A DNA stretch of 34,451 bases from Steroidobacteraceae bacterium (GTDB lineage: Bacteria > Pseudomonadota > Gammaproteobacteria > Steroidobacterales > Steroidobacteraceae). This document shows positions 9,356-19,339 of the stretch, piece after piece (the first letter of the stretch is position 1; the number at the start of each line of letters is the position of its first letter). A model generated the notes under the pieces. It did no database searches. It was not told the DNA's origin and was given only the letters and a program-made list of their open reading frames with translations. The stretch lies in assembly GCA_035571575.1 (NCBI GenBank), contig DATNCK010000363.1, positions 1 through 34,451 on the forward strand, given 5' to 3'. Position numbers and translations under genes: made by a program.

Positions 9356-9457
9356 GAGCGGTGGGGTGCGGCGCTTCCGGCGGCGTCGTATCCGCGTAAC
9401 TGAAAGTGTTAATGTCCGCGCAGTCTCGCGGACGGCAGAAAGGTACAACTAGAACAA

Positions 9458-10474
9458 ATGTCCCGCCCTCCCTTCCAGCAGATCGCCAAGAGCGATCTCG
9501 ACCGCCTGCGCACCTTCCGGCTGCTGCCCAATCTGACCAAGATTCCGCTGTTCGTGGGTTTGATGGTGTTCTTCACCTACGTGGCCTGGCAGGCCGATAG
9601 TTGGCCGCTGCAGTGGGCCGCGTACATCGCCATCGGCTATGTGTGGATGGGCATGGTCACCTTCATGCACGATGCCCTGCACTACACGCTGTTCCGAAGC
9701 CGCACGGCGAACTGGATCTTCGGCGTGCTGTGCATGCTGCCCATCTTCGCTTCCTTCGTCGGCTTTCGCGAAGATCACATCGAACATCATCGCCACAATC
9801 GTTCGGCGCGCGATCCGGATGCCTTCACCATGGGCAAACGCGGCTTCGCCGACTTCCTGGTGTTCTACAGCTATGCGCTGATCGGTGGCGTGCTCAGCTT
9901 CATCCACTTCAACTTCATCTACCCTTTCCAGAAGTTCAAGGCGCGCGAGTGGGCCATCCAGCTGGGTGAGACGGCGCTGAAGGTGGCCGTGTATTGGGTG
10001 GTGCTGGCTTATGCCGCCGAACATGGTGTGCTGGGCAAGACGCTGGAGGTCTGGCTGTATCCGGTGCTGGTGCTGTCGCTGCTGAATTCCATGCGCTTCA
10101 TCTCCGAGCACTACGGCACGCCATGGGAAGCAGGTCAGATGGCGGGCACGCGCACCGTCATCAGCAATCCGGTGAATTCATTCTTCTGGAACAACATCAA
10201 CTGGCACATCGGTCATCACGTATATCCGAGCGTGCCCTGGTACAACCTGGTCGAACTGCATCGGGTGCTGGAACCGCAGATCAAGGCCAGCGGCGCGCCG
10301 GTGGACAAGAGTTACATGGCGGTCTATTTCAAGGCATTGCGTGGCGGCCCGGAGTCGCAGCCCCGGCTGGCTCGGGCGCTGGCGGAACGCGCGGTGTCGC
10401 GCGCGATGCCGGCGGTCGCCGCTGCAGCGCCCGCAGTGGTGCCGGCTGTTGCACCGGTGGCGCTGGTCGACTGA
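9458..10474 (+). CDS. Membrane fatty-acid desaturase family protein
   Basis: 338-aa ORF with three histidine boxes (HDALH, EDHIEHHRH, HIGHHVYP) and several hydrophobic segments. The tail is Ala/Val/Pro-rich. Confidence 0.8.
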   Translation: MSRPPFQQIAKSDLDRLRTFRLLPNLTKIPLFVGLMVFFTYVAWQADSWPLQWAAYIAIGYVWMGMVTFMHDALHYTLFRSRTANWIFGVLCMLPIFASFVGFREDHIEHHRHNRSARDPDAFTMGKRGFADFLVFYSYALIGGVLSFIHFNFIYPFQKFKAREWAIQLGETALKVAVYWVVLAYAAEHGVLGKTLEVWLYPVLVLSLLNSMRFISEHYGTPWEAGQMAGTRTVISNPVNSFFWNNINWHIGHHVYPSVPWYNLVELHRVLEPQIKASGAPVDKSYMAVYFKALRGGPESQPRLARALAERAVSRAMPAVAAAAPAVVPAVAPVALVD

Positions 10475-10499
10475 GCGACCCTGCGCAGACGATGGCCTC

Positions 10500-11468
10500 C
10501 TAGCGCCCGGTCTGTGTGGTGTCCTGCAACTCCATCTGCATGGCGAGTGATCGCACACTGCCGGGGGGCACGAAGAACACGCCAGGTTTGCGGTCGAGTT
10601 CTTGATCGAAGCCCACGGGATCGGCCATCCCACACCAGGGCTCGATGCAGAGAAATGACGCGCCGGGTTTGCTCCACAGTCCCAGGTGCGTGGCGCCGGC
10701 GAAGCTCACGCTCAGTCGCGTTGAACCGGAAGCGCCACGCGCTGCAGGCGAATCAGGCGCATGAGATGCGCCGTAGCTGAGTTGGCGGCTCACCAACTGA
10801 TCGAAGATCACCACATCCTGTGCGAACAAGGCATCGTTGAGCGCCAGCTGCCGGCCTTGCACTGGCGAGGCTTGCGGCGTCGGCGTGACCAGGCCGCTGG
10901 CATCCAGACGACGAACTGGCGCGGGCTCGGCGAAAGTGAATTCGATGGTGTGCGCATCGCGTGCAGCGGCATCGCCTGCCGCACCGGAGAACAACGGCCA
11001 GCGGAATGCCGGATGGAAGCCCATGCTCACCGGCATGGGTTCATCACCCACGTTGCGCGCGGCGGCCTTGATCTCGAAGGCCTGTCCTTCCATGCGGAAG
11101 GCGACATCGAGTTCGAAACGGAATGGATAGACCTTCAGCGTTTCTTCGTCGAAGCGCAGGCGGAACACCAGTTCACGTTCGCCGCTGCGCAGAAGTTCGA
11201 AGCGGCGCGTGCGGGCCAGGCCGTGTCGCGGCAACGCATAGCGTTGGCCACGCCAGCGGTAATGGCCTTCATTCAGGGCACCGACGATGGGAAACAGGAT
11301 GGGTGCGCGGCCGGTCCAGAAGGCGGGATCACCATCCCACAGCAGGTCGCGGCCCTGGGCATCGCGCAATATCGAGAGCTGGGCGCCGAGTGGATCGACC
11401 ACTGCGGTCCAATTATCAGATCGCAGTGCCGTCCATTCGGCGGGCCAGGTGGATGGGCTCGTACTCAT
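10500..11468 (-). CDS. Aldose 1-epimerase family protein
   Basis: 322-aa ORF. Motifs PILFPIVGAL...YALPRHGLAR and MGFHPAFRWP resemble the YphB/aldose-epimerase superfamily. ATG at 11468. Confidence 0.7.
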   Translation of the reverse strand: MSTSPSTWPAEWTALRSDNWTAVVDPLGAQLSILRDAQGRDLLWDGDPAFWTGRAPILFPIVGALNEGHYRWRGQRYALPRHGLARTRRFELLRSGERELVFRLRFDEETLKVYPFRFELDVAFRMEGQAFEIKAAARNVGDEPMPVSMGFHPAFRWPLFSGAAGDAAARDAHTIEFTFAEPAPVRRLDASGLVTPTPQASPVQGRQLALNDALFAQDVVIFDQLVSRQLSYGASHAPDSPAARGASGSTRLSVSFAGATHLGLWSKPGASFLCIEPWCGMADPVGFDQELDRKPGVFFVPPGSVRSLAMQMELQDTTQTGR

Positions 11469-11513
11469 GAGCCCATCCTAGCCCAGACAGGAATGTCCGG
11501 GCGTTACCAGCGC

Positions 11514-12146
11514 TTACTTTGCGGCGGGCGCAGCGCCGGCAGCGGGTTCGGTCCTGAAGCGACCGACATACGCGGCCTTTGCAATCACCTTGCCCTTCAT
11601 GGCCTCGAGCAGCTCGGGACGGCTGGCCGTCGCGGGCAGATCGAGCTTGGCATTCAGCGCATAGAACTCGAATACATAGTGGTGATAGCGCGGACCAGCC
11701 GGTGCGCCCATACCCATGTAGGAGTTGTTGCGAATGCCCTTGCCGTTCACCGAGCCTTCGGGAAGCTTGCCTTCCTCGATCTGCGTGGTGTTGCCGGGAA
11801 TGTTCCACACCACCCAGTGCAGCACATCATCCGGCCCGCCGAGGGCCACATCGATGTCGTGCGTGATCAGCGCGAAGCTCTGCGTCTCCGGCGGAGCATT
11901 GGAGATCTTGAAATCCGGCTGTACGTTGCCGCCGGCACCCGAGTACTTCGGCGGAACGATGCCACCATCCGGGAAGGCCTTGCTCTCGATGAGCAGCGGC
12001 ACCAGCTTGAATCCACCACCGCGCGGCGGTCCACCCGCACCACCTGCGGCGGGCGGGCCACCGGCCGGTGGAGCCTGTGCCAGCACGGTGCCGGCGCCAA
12101 AAGTGATCAGCAGCAGCGCGAGCGCTGCGGAAGTCTTCAATCGCAT
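11514..12146 (-). CDS. Secreted YbhB/YbcL-type PEBP (Raf kinase inhibitor-like) family protein
   Basis: 210-aa ORF with a signal peptide MRLKTSAALALLLITFGAGTVLAQA and a Gly/Pro-rich linker. PEBP-like core: FALITHDIDV...LHWVVWNIP...YHHYVFEFYAL. SD GGGGGA lies upstream of ATG 12146. Confidence 0.8.
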   Translation of the reverse strand: MRLKTSAALALLLITFGAGTVLAQAPPAGGPPAAGGAGGPPRGGGFKLVPLLIESKAFPDGGIVPPKYSGAGGNVQPDFKISNAPPETQSFALITHDIDVALGGPDDVLHWVVWNIPGNTTQIEEGKLPEGSVNGKGIRNNSYMGMGAPAGPRYHHYVFEFYALNAKLDLPATASRPELLEAMKGKVIAKAAYVGRFRTEPAAGAAPAAK

Positions 12147-12166
12147 GGTCTTGTCCCCCAGGTTTG

Positions 12167-12214
12167 AAAAAACGGCCCCTGAACTGGCGAGTATAGCCGG
12201 TTCGACCTGGGGCC
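12167..12214 (-). terminator. Candidate intrinsic terminator after mnmE
   Basis: On the minus-strand RNA, GGCCCC (12209-12214 on plus) pairs with GGGGCC (12174-12179). An inner GTTC/GAAC helix is also possible. The structure is followed by G and UUUUUU (12167-12172). It lies between the mnmE stop (12237) and the PEBP start (12146). The loop is large, hence moderate confidence. Confidence 0.4.
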
Positions 12215-12236
12215 CCGGCTGCGGTGGTTTGGTCGA

Positions 12237-13595
12237 CTACTTGCCGATGCAGAAGCTGCTGAAGATATGGCCCAGCAATTCGTCACTGGTGACATCACCG
12301 ATCACTTCGCCCAGCGAAGCCTGCGCATCGCGCAGTTCAAATGCCGCAAGTTCTCCGTGTTTTGCGGCCAGTTGCCGGCAGGCGGTGTCGAGTTGCGCTG
12401 CGGCTTTTTCCAGCGCGTTCACATGGCGTGCACGCGCCGAGAAGCTGCCACCGGCGATTTCCGTGTGGCCAGCCACAGCGGCGAGATGAGCTCGCAGCGC
12501 ATCCAGTCCCTCTCCGGTGAAGGCGGAGATCCGCAGGTGCGGCCCTGGTGGGTCAGAGTCTGTTGAGGATGCCACCAGATCGGACTTGTTCATGACCAGC
12601 GTCAGCGGCATGTCGGCGGGCAGCGCGCTGCGCGTGGCGTCGAAGCTGCGGCCGCTCGGATCGGTCACGCCGTCGATGACATACAGCACGTGATCGGCAT
12701 GCTGCAGCACCTCGCGCGCGCGGCGCATGCCCTCGGCTTCGATGGCATCGTCGGTGACGTCGCGCAGGCCGGCAGTGTCGATGAACTCCATGGGCACGCC
12801 GCCGATGTCGACCTTCTCGCGCAGCAGGTCGCGCGTGGTGCCGGCGACAGGCGTGACGATGGCGGCATCGAAACCCACCAAGGCGTTCAGCAACGTGCTC
12901 TTGCCGGCATTGGGCGCGCCGGCGATCACTACCGTCATGCCGCGCGTCAGCAATGCGCCGCGACGGGCTGCGATGAGCACACTGTCGAGCAATGCGCGCA
13001 CGTATTCCACGCGCTCACGCAGCTCGGCGCTGGCGAGGAAGTCGATCTCTTCTTCAGGGAAGTCGATGGCCGCTTCCACATACACGCGCAGCGCGGTGAG
13101 TGCATCGCGCGTGGCCTGCACGCGCTGCGAGAACTCACCCTGCAGTGAGCGCATCGCGGCGCGCGCCGCCGCTTGCGACCCGGCCTGGATGAGATCGGCG
13201 ATGGCCTCGGCCTGCGCCAGATCGATCTTGTCGTTGAGGAAGGCGCGCTCGGAAAACTCCCCTGCCCGTGCGCGCCTTGCGCCGAGCTCCACCACGCGTT
13301 CGATCAGCGTCTCGACGATGAGGCCACCGTGACCCTGCAGCTCGAGCACGTGTTCACCGGTGAAGGAATGCGGCGCGGGGAAGTACAACGCGATGCCGCT
13401 GTCGATGATCTCTCCCTGAGTGCCCTCGGTGCCGGCATCGCGCCAGCGGCTGAAAGAAGCCATGCGCGGCACCGGCAACTCACCCAACAGCGCCTGCGCG
13501 ATGGCGGGCACCATTGTTCCGGATACACGTACAATCGCTACGCCACCGCGACCCGGAGGGGTCGCAGCAGCAACAATGGTGTCCGTAGACCGCAT
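12237..13595 (-). CDS. mnmE: tRNA modification GTPase MnmE (TrmE)
   Basis: 452-aa ORF with a G-domain P-loop GAPNAGKSTLLNAL, DTAGLR, NKSDL and the characteristic C-terminal CIGK. It sits in the conserved position downstream of yidC. Confidence 0.95.
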   Translation of the reverse strand: MRSTDTIVAAATPPGRGGVAIVRVSGTMVPAIAQALLGELPVPRMASFSRWRDAGTEGTQGEIIDSGIALYFPAPHSFTGEHVLELQGHGGLIVETLIERVVELGARRARAGEFSERAFLNDKIDLAQAEAIADLIQAGSQAAARAAMRSLQGEFSQRVQATRDALTALRVYVEAAIDFPEEEIDFLASAELRERVEYVRALLDSVLIAARRGALLTRGMTVVIAGAPNAGKSTLLNALVGFDAAIVTPVAGTTRDLLREKVDIGGVPMEFIDTAGLRDVTDDAIEAEGMRRAREVLQHADHVLYVIDGVTDPSGRSFDATRSALPADMPLTLVMNKSDLVASSTDSDPPGPHLRISAFTGEGLDALRAHLAAVAGHTEIAGGSFSARARHVNALEKAAAQLDTACRQLAAKHGELAAFELRDAQASLGEVIGDVTSDELLGHIFSSFCIGK

Positions 13596-13611
13596 CCCGG
13601 CGGCCGCCGCG

Positions 13612-15387
13612 CTAGTTGCGAACGGTCTGCGCCGCCGCGATGCGACGGTTGATGTTCCACTGCTGCGCGATGGTCAGCAGCGTGTTCACCACGTAGTACA
13701 GCACCAGGCCCGATGGGAAGAAGGCGAAGGTCACCGACATCACGATCGGCAGGATCATCATCACCTTGGCCTGCACCGGATCGGGCGGCGCGGGGTTCAG
13801 CTTGTACTGGATGAGCATGGCGCCGGCCATGATCAGCGGCAGCACGTAGTAGGGATCGCGCGAGGAGATGTCTTGCAGCCAGCCGAAGAACGGCGCCTGG
13901 CGCATCTCCACGCTCTCGAGCAGCACCCAGTAGAAGGCGATGAACACGGGGATCTGCACCAGCTGCGGCAGACAGCCCGCGGCCGGGTTCACCTTCTCTT
14001 TCTTGTACAGCTCCATCATCGCCTGGCCGAGCTTCTGGCGATCGTCCTTGTACTGCTCCTGGATGGCCTTCAGTCGCGGCTGGATGAGTTTCATCTTCGC
14101 CATCGAGCGGCCGGAGGTTTCCGCCAGCGGATAGAACAGCAGCTTCAGCAGGAAGGTGACGACGATGATCGCCACGCCCCAGTTGTTGAAGATGGAGTGC
14201 ACCTTGTCGAGCAGCCAGAAGAGGTACTTCGACAGGAAGGTCATGATGCCGAAGTCGGCCGCGCGGCCGAGTTCCTTGTGGATGGTCTCGAGCTGGCGCT
14301 GCAGCTTCGGACCGACGAACAAGGTTTCCTTGATGGAACCCATGGCGCCAGGCGCCACCGTGACGGTGGGCCCGACTGTGGTGACGACGTATTCATCGCC
14401 ACGCGCGGTCATGGTGTAGCGATCTTCCTCGCCGCGATTAGGAACCACTGCGACGACAAAGTGATGCTGCAGTGAAGCCACCCAGCCATCGGTGATCTTG
14501 CGATCGAGGCTGGCGTCTTCCTTGCTCGTGATCTTCAGCTTCTGGTACTTCTTGCCATCGTAGATCGCAGGACCCGTGAAGGAGTAGCTGTCTACGTTGA
14601 AGTAAGAACGCTTCACTGCCGGCATGTCGTGCAGGATCTGCGCATACGACTGCACCGACCACGCCGCCTGAGAGGCATTCTCGACGGCATATTCGATGTC
14701 GATGCGATAGGAGCCGCGATGGAACACCAGCGTCTTGATGACCTTCACGCCATCGGCTGAGGTCCAAGTAAGCGGCACGCGGATTTCGTCGCTGCCCTCG
14801 CGCAACACATAGGAGGCGGCCTCGCTCTGGAACAGCGCCAGGTGCGTGGGATAGGCGTCCGCCGGCACATTGCCGCTGCCGGCCAGGCCGGTCTGCAGCA
14901 GGTATTGCTCGCCCTCACCTTCGTGACGCAGCAGCCGCACGGGTGTGGGCTGGCCCTTCACCTGCGGATAGAACAGCAGGTCGGCGCGCTGGAGTTGGCC
15001 ACCCTGCGTGTTCACGTCCACGTCGAGCGCATCGGTGCGCACGGTGATGAGCGAACCGCTGCTGACGGCGGGGGCTGCAGCCGGCGCGGTAGCAGGTACC
15101 GCACCGGGCGCCGCCGCCGGTGTCGCTGGCGCGCTCGCCGGGGGAACCGTTGCGCCGGCCGTAGCGGGGACCGTGCCTACCGCGGGAGTTGGCGTCGCAG
15201 GCGTGGGCGCCGTCTGCGGAATCGCCGCGCCCAACGGCTTGTTCACTTTTTCAGCTTCGGCAGCCTTCTGCGCGGCAGCGGCGATGGCGGCATCGCGCGG
15301 CCCAAACTCCGCCACCCAGGTGGAGTAGTTCACGAGCACGGCCAGGGCGAGTGCCACCCAGAGGATCAGTCGGACGTTCTTCATCAT
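13612..15387 (-). CDS. yidC: Membrane protein insertase YidC
   Basis: 591-aa ORF. It has an N-terminal TM segment, a Pro/Ala/Thr-rich linker, a large periplasmic domain and a C-terminal multi-TM core ([40 protein letters not shown]). Conserved synteny rnpA-yidD-yidC-mnmE. Confidence 0.95.
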   Translation of the reverse strand: MMKNVRLILWVALALAVLVNYSTWVAEFGPRDAAIAAAAQKAAEAEKVNKPLGAAIPQTAPTPATPTPAVGTVPATAGATVPPASAPATPAAAPGAVPATAPAAAPAVSSGSLITVRTDALDVDVNTQGGQLQRADLLFYPQVKGQPTPVRLLRHEGEGEQYLLQTGLAGSGNVPADAYPTHLALFQSEAASYVLREGSDEIRVPLTWTSADGVKVIKTLVFHRGSYRIDIEYAVENASQAAWSVQSYAQILHDMPAVKRSYFNVDSYSFTGPAIYDGKKYQKLKITSKEDASLDRKITDGWVASLQHHFVVAVVPNRGEEDRYTMTARGDEYVVTTVGPTVTVAPGAMGSIKETLFVGPKLQRQLETIHKELGRAADFGIMTFLSKYLFWLLDKVHSIFNNWGVAIIVVTFLLKLLFYPLAETSGRSMAKMKLIQPRLKAIQEQYKDDRQKLGQAMMELYKKEKVNPAAGCLPQLVQIPVFIAFYWVLLESVEMRQAPFFGWLQDISSRDPYYVLPLIMAGAMLIQYKLNPAPPDPVQAKVMMILPIVMSVTFAFFPSGLVLYYVVNTLLTIAQQWNINRRIAAAQTVRN

Positions 15388-15605
15388 GGTACGGGGTCGA
15401 ATCCGCCTTCATTCAGAGGCTGGCAGCGGAGAATTCTCTTGGTGGTCAATGACAGTCCCCGGATGGCGCCATGTCTTTCGATGGCTTGCCGGGCGTAGTC
15501 GGAACAGGTGGGGTAGAAACGGCAGCATTGGCCCAAATGCGGGCTAATCAGCACCTGATAGGCTTTGATTGTTCCGTCTAACGCGGAATTCAGGACTGTG
15601 CGCAT
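15384..15605 (-). CDS. yidD: Membrane protein insertion efficiency factor YidD
   Basis: Contains [31 protein letters not shown]...ILRCQPL..GGFDPVP. I prefer ATG at 15605 (MRTVLNS...). The track start at 15626 is a GTG seven codons upstream. The stop TGA overlaps the yidC start (ATGATGA at 15381-15387), and the 5' end overlaps the rnpA 3' end. Confidence 0.85.
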   Translation of the reverse strand: MRTVLNSALDGTIKAYQVLISPHLGQCCRFYPTCSDYARQAIERHGAIRGLSLTTKRILRCQPLNEGGFDPVP

Positions 15606-15964
15606 CGTTTCCGGATCTCGGTCCACAGGGCCGCGAGGCTCTCGCGAAGTCGCGCATTATGCGCGGAACGTGCCCCATTGCGGGCGCCGACCACCAGGTC
15701 CATGGCCGGCAGATTTTCTGCTTCGCGGCGGAAGGATTCCCGCACCTGGCGCTTCACCCGGTTACGCGCCACGGAATTGCCCACGGCCTTGCCACCGATG
15801 GAAAGTCCCAGCCGGGGATACCCCAGGGTATTGCGCGCCGCATTGATGGAAAAGCACTCGTCGACCACGCGCTGGCGCGTCTCGTAGACGGCTGAGAACT
15901 GGGGCGGGTTGAGCAGACGCTGGCTTCGGGTGAAGCGCAGCGCAGGCGGTTTCGCGCCGGTCAT
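15590..15964 (-). CDS. rnpA: Ribonuclease P protein component
   Basis: 124-aa basic ORF immediately downstream of rpmH (21-nt spacer). Motif [22 protein letters not shown]. Confidence 0.9.
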   Translation of the reverse strand: MTGAKPPALRFTRSQRLLNPPQFSAVYETRQRVVDECFSINAARNTLGYPRLGLSIGGKAVGNSVARNRVKRQVRESFRREAENLPAMDLVVGARNGARSAHNARLRESLAALWTEIRKRCAQS

Positions 15965-15985
15965 GGGCGCGGGAACGCCGGATCC

Positions 15986-16126
15986 TTACGGGATCAGGCG
16001 CTTGCGACCCTTGGCGCGACGCCGGGCCAGCACCTTGCGGCCGTCGGCGGTGGCCATGCGGGCACGGAAGCCGTGCGTGCGTACACGCTTGATCTTGCTC
16101 GGCTGGAATGTGCGTTTCGTGGCCAT
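15986..16126 (-). CDS. rpmH: 50S ribosomal protein L34
   Basis: Below the ORF-track size cutoff. The reverse complement of 16126-15986 reads [46 protein letters not shown] followed by a stop (TAA at 15986-15988). Confidence 0.95.
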   Translation of the reverse strand: MATKRTFQPSKIKRVRTHGFRARMATADGRKVLARRRAKGRKRLIP

Positions 16127-16159
16127 GGCGCTGTTTCAGGTCGGAAAATCGGGTTGCGC

Positions 16160-16188
16160 AGGGTACGCATAGGCACCGGTGGAGTCAA
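16160..16188 (-). promoter_or_regulatory. Candidate sigma-70 promoter of rpmH-rnpA
   Basis: On the minus strand: TTGACT (16188-16183), 17-nt spacer, TACCCT (16165-16160). It lies about 35 nt upstream of the rpmH ATG and just downstream of the oxygenase stop at 16200. Confidence 0.45.
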
Positions 16189-16199
16189 TGGCTATCCGG

Positions 16200-17690
16200 T
16201 CAACGCCCTGCCAGGGCCTCCGTCAGATAGCCGCCTTCCGGCTCCCACCAGCCATGGACCTGGGTATGCAGCCGGAATGGCATCTTCACCCGGGCAATGG
16301 GCCCCTCCCCCAGCCGCATGGCATCGGCGATGACCAGCTCCGAGCGCATCTCGGCGAAGTCGTTGGCCACGGTCAGGATCCAGCCCTCGCCTTCGGGCGC
16401 GTCGGGGCGTGCCGGCACGAACTGCGGTTCGGAGAGGCCATGCGTGCTGCCGGCCGACAGCCGGTCGATGGCATTGGTGTGATGGTCGAAGCGCCAGATG
16501 GCATTGGCCACGCGCACTGACAGATTGCCGCCGCGGGCGCGATCGAAGGGCAGCGAGGGATCGACCATCAGCATGTAGCTGTAGCGGAAGGGCCGCGTGA
16601 GGTAGCGATCGTCGATGCGCACCATCGAGGTGCCGCGCTGACCGTTGAAGAGGATCTCTTCGCGCCAGCCTTCATCCTTCGATGCCAGGTCGAAGGTCCA
16701 GCGGCGGATGGTGGGCGAAACACCAGCCACATCGAAGGACGAACCATCGGCATTCGGAAAGAAGGGATGAAAATTGTTGCTGGCCACCGGCGCGTCGAAG
16801 ATGACGCGATCACCTTCACTGCGCGCATTGGTGGTGTGCGCCAGCATGTTCTGCTCGGGCGTGCCGCGGAACCAGCGGATGTCCTTCACTTCGCCATCGC
16901 GCGGAATGATGGCCACATGACAGGGCAGCGAACGATCGTAGGTCCAGTGGACCTGCCCCGCCTCGAGCCGCTCACGACTGGTGGTCACACCGGTGGTCGG
17001 CAGGATGATGTGACGATCGGTGATCGCCATGTCATGCATCATCGAAACCAGCGGCGCCTTGAACCACCATTCACGCTGCAACTTGCCGTGACGATCGAAG
17101 ATGAACACGGCCAGATCATTGCTGGCATCGCCGCGCGCTTCGTAGGCGAAGGCAATCAGCTCGCCGGTGGCGGGATCGATCTTCGGATGCGCGGTGAAGG
17201 TTTTGGCCTTCATTTGCCCATGAAAATCCCACTCGCCCAGTGTTTCGAGCGTGTTGGGATCGAGCGCCATCGGCGGGCTGTCTTCCTTCATCGAGAACAG
17301 CAGGCCGTGATGGATCATCGGCGTGGTATTGCCGGTGTTCAGGCTCAGATCGCGCACGGATGGATCAGAAGTCAGCCGATTGCGATAGCGTCCGAACAGC
17401 GCACGGCGGGCTTGCGCCTCCGCTTCGTATCTGGCGGTGCGGATATAGCGGGTGCGGAAATCGACGTGGCCGTCCCGGATGCGGAACAGATCCACGGCAC
17501 CGTCGGAGTTGTAGGGCGTATCGTCCGCGAACCGCGGCGGATAGCGCCGATCGATGCAGGAACGGTAGAAGTTGCCCGCAAGGCCCGAGGGAATCTCGCC
17601 CACCACTTCGCAATCGTGCAGGTCCGCTTCGAAGCGCAGCGGTGCAAAGAAGCCGCTGGCCGTTGGATCGCCTTTGAAACTGACCCCCAT
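16200..17690 (-). CDS. Carotenoid/apocarotenoid cleavage oxygenase (RPE65/lignostilbene dioxygenase) family protein
   Basis: 496 aa from ATG at 17690 ([21 protein letters not shown]...). Candidate iron-ligand histidines lie in [22 protein letters not shown] and [10 protein letters not shown]. The track ORF (to 18512) continues antisense into dnaA and is rejected upstream of 17690. Confidence 0.85.
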   Translation of the reverse strand: MGVSFKGDPTASGFFAPLRFEADLHDCEVVGEIPSGLAGNFYRSCIDRRYPPRFADDTPYNSDGAVDLFRIRDGHVDFRTRYIRTARYEAEAQARRALFGRYRNRLTSDPSVRDLSLNTGNTTPMIHHGLLFSMKEDSPPMALDPNTLETLGEWDFHGQMKAKTFTAHPKIDPATGELIAFAYEARGDASNDLAVFIFDRHGKLQREWWFKAPLVSMMHDMAITDRHIILPTTGVTTSRERLEAGQVHWTYDRSLPCHVAIIPRDGEVKDIRWFRGTPEQNMLAHTTNARSEGDRVIFDAPVASNNFHPFFPNADGSSFDVAGVSPTIRRWTFDLASKDEGWREEILFNGQRGTSMVRIDDRYLTRPFRYSYMLMVDPSLPFDRARGGNLSVRVANAIWRFDHHTNAIDRLSAGSTHGLSEPQFVPARPDAPEGEGWILTVANDFAEMRSELVIADAMRLGEGPIARVKMPFRLHTQVHGWWEPEGGYLTEALAGR

Positions 17691-17698
17691 CGTGGAGC

Positions 17699-17724
17699 CG
17701 ATTGTACGCGACGATTGTACGCGA
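17699..17724. repeat. Perfect 13-bp tandem duplication in the oxygenase-dnaA divergent spacer
   Basis: CGATTGTACGCGA occurs at 17699-17711 and again at 17712-17724. It is followed by the short palindrome GCGAGT-AG-ACTCGC (17721-17734). Confidence 0.9.
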
Positions 17725-17765
17725 GTAGACTCGCCTCCCCCTCCGATCCACCCTCCTCTGCGCGC

Positions 17766-19160
17766 ATGCCCGAGCTCTGGACAAAAATTCTCGCGCGGCT
17801 GGAGAACGAAATCCCCGAACAGCAGGTGAATACCTGGCTGCGTCCGCTTCAGGCGGTCGAGGACGGCGCGGGGCTGCGCCTGCTGGCGCCAAACCGCATC
17901 GCCCTGGATTGGGTACAGAGTCACGCCGCCACGCGCATCCGCGTGCTGCTGGGCGAGCTGAGCGGCGCACAGGCGCCGCTGCAGGTGGAAGTCGGATCGC
18001 TGGCTCCCGTGAATGCCCGCGGCCTCAGCAACGGGCACGCCGGCAATGGTCATGGCGCTGCCCACAATGGCGGGCACGGTGAAGCTGCGCGCGGTAATGG
18101 CGCGGTCAGGCGCCCTGCGGTCGAAACCGCCGTACTGATCGGCTCGAAGCTGAATCCGGATTCCACCTTCGAGCATTTCGTCGAGGGCAAGAGTAATCAC
18201 TTCGCCAAGGCCGCCGCGATGCAGGTGGCGGAGAATCCCGGCAAAGCCTACAACCCGCTGTTCATCTATGGCGGCACGGGTCTGGGCAAGACCCATCTGA
18301 TGCAGTCGGTGGGTCACGTGATCCGGCAGCGCGATCCGGCGGCGCGCATCGCCTATGTGCATTCGGAGCGCTTCGTCGACAACATGGTGCAGGCGCTGCG
18401 CCACAACACCATGAACGAGTTCAAGACCAATTATCGTTCGCTGTCGGCGTTGCTCATCGACGACATCCAGTTCTTCGCCAACAAGGCGGCCTCGCAGGAA
18501 GAGTTCTTCCATACCTTCAACACGCTGTTCGAAGGCCAGGCGCAGATCATCATGACTTCGGATCGTTATCCGAAGGAGATTCCCGGTCTCGAGGAGCGAT
18601 TGAAGTCGCGCTTCGGCTGGGGTTTGTCGGTGGCCATCGAACCACCGGAGCTGGAAACCTGCGTGGCTATCCTGATCAGCAAGGCGCAGGCCTCGGGCGT
18701 GGAATTGCCGGAGGAAGTGGCGTTTTTCGTGGCGAAGCGCATTCGTTCGAATGTGCGCGAGCTGGAAGGCGCGCTGCGCCGGATCATCGCGAACGCGCGC
18801 TTTACCGGACAGCCGATCACGCTGGATTTCGCCAAGGAAGCGCTGAAAGATCTGCTGAACCTGCAGGCGCGCCTGGTCACCATCGAGAACATCCAGAAGA
18901 CGGTGGCCGATTACTTCAAGGTGCGCATGAGTGACCTGCTGTCAGAGCGACGCAGCCGCTCGGTGGCACGTCCGCGGCAGGTGGCGATGGCACTGGCCAA
19001 GGAGCTCACTGCGCACAGCCTGCCGGAGATTGGAGAGGCGTTTGGCGGTCGTGACCACACGACTGTTCTGCATGCCTGCAAACGCGTGAAGGAATTGCAG
19101 GAAAGCGAGCCCCGCATGGCTGAGGATTACTCGAACTTGCTGCGGATGCTCACCGGCTGA
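17766..19160 (+). CDS. dnaA: Chromosomal replication initiator protein DnaA
   Basis: 464 aa from ATG at 17766 ([28 protein letters not shown]...). It has a His/Gly/Asn-rich domain II linker, an AAA+ Walker [11 protein letters not shown] and the C-terminal DNA-binding motif [15 protein letters not shown]. The track ORF start at 16767 is an antisense artefact. Confidence 0.97.
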   Translation: MPELWTKILARLENEIPEQQVNTWLRPLQAVEDGAGLRLLAPNRIALDWVQSHAATRIRVLLGELSGAQAPLQVEVGSLAPVNARGLSNGHAGNGHGAAHNGGHGEAARGNGAVRRPAVETAVLIGSKLNPDSTFEHFVEGKSNHFAKAAAMQVAENPGKAYNPLFIYGGTGLGKTHLMQSVGHVIRQRDPAARIAYVHSERFVDNMVQALRHNTMNEFKTNYRSLSALLIDDIQFFANKAASQEEFFHTFNTLFEGQAQIIMTSDRYPKEIPGLEERLKSRFGWGLSVAIEPPELETCVAILISKAQASGVELPEEVAFFVAKRIRSNVRELEGALRRIIANARFTGQPITLDFAKEALKDLLNLQARLVTIENIQKTVADYFKVRMSDLLSERRSRSVARPRQVAMALAKELTAHSLPEIGEAFGGRDHTTVLHACKRVKELQESEPRMAEDYSNLLRMLTG

Positions 19161-19178
19161 AGAACCTGTGCATCACTC

Positions 19179-19233
19179 TGTGGACAAGTCGGGTAACAAG
19201 TTGGGGATGATTGTGTGGATGGAATTGTCCACA
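19179..19233. promoter_or_regulatory. DnaA-box cluster 1 (three boxes)
   Basis: TGTGGACAA at 19179-19187 (reverse complement TTGTCCACA). TGTGGATGG at 19214-19222 (reverse complement CCATCCACA). TTGTCCACA at 19225-19233. The last two are an inverted pair separated by 2 nt. Each has 1-2 mismatches to TTATCCACA. Confidence 0.7.
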
Positions 19234-19321
19234 GCCCATCAACAGTATTAATGCAGGTGGTTCGCCAGTTTGTCGGGCTTCGAAGCGCGCGTAAATTCAT
19301 GACCTGCAAGGCCCTTGTGAT

Positions 19322-19339
19322 TTATCCTCGCTATCCACA
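19322..19339 (+). promoter_or_regulatory. DnaA-box cluster 2 (two abutting direct boxes)
   Basis: TTATCCTCG at 19322-19330 (2 mismatches) is directly followed by CTATCCACA at 19331-19339 (1 mismatch). The pair is adjacent to the AT-rich tract. Confidence 0.6.

Noticed and set aside
9414-9433. GTCCGCG-CAGTCT-CGCGGAC hairpin between the amidohydrolase and desaturase genes
   Set aside because: It has a 7-bp stem, no T-tract, and lies 59 nt after the stop. I cannot distinguish a terminator from an operator or from chance in GC-rich DNA.
10761-12167. 468-aa plus-strand ORF
   Set aside because: It is antisense to the aldose-epimerase and PEBP genes and spans their intergenic gap. It has no motifs.
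17744-17752. CGATCCACC as a possible DnaA box in the dnaA promoter
   Set aside because: It has three mismatches to TTATCCACA, which is too weak to call on sequence alone.
16767-17765. 333-aa upstream extension of the dnaA ORF
   Set aside because: It is antisense to the oxygenase gene. The canonical DnaA N-terminus (MPELWTKIL...TWLRPL) begins at 17766.
17691-18512. 274-aa upstream extension of the oxygenase ORF
   Set aside because: It is antisense to dnaA. Oxygenase family similarity begins at MGVSFKG (ATG 17690).
19127-19309. 60-aa minus-strand ORF across the dnaA 3' end and the oriC spacer
   Set aside because: It lies in the DnaA-box region, has no SD and has an implausible composition. 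It is most likely non-coding origin DNA.
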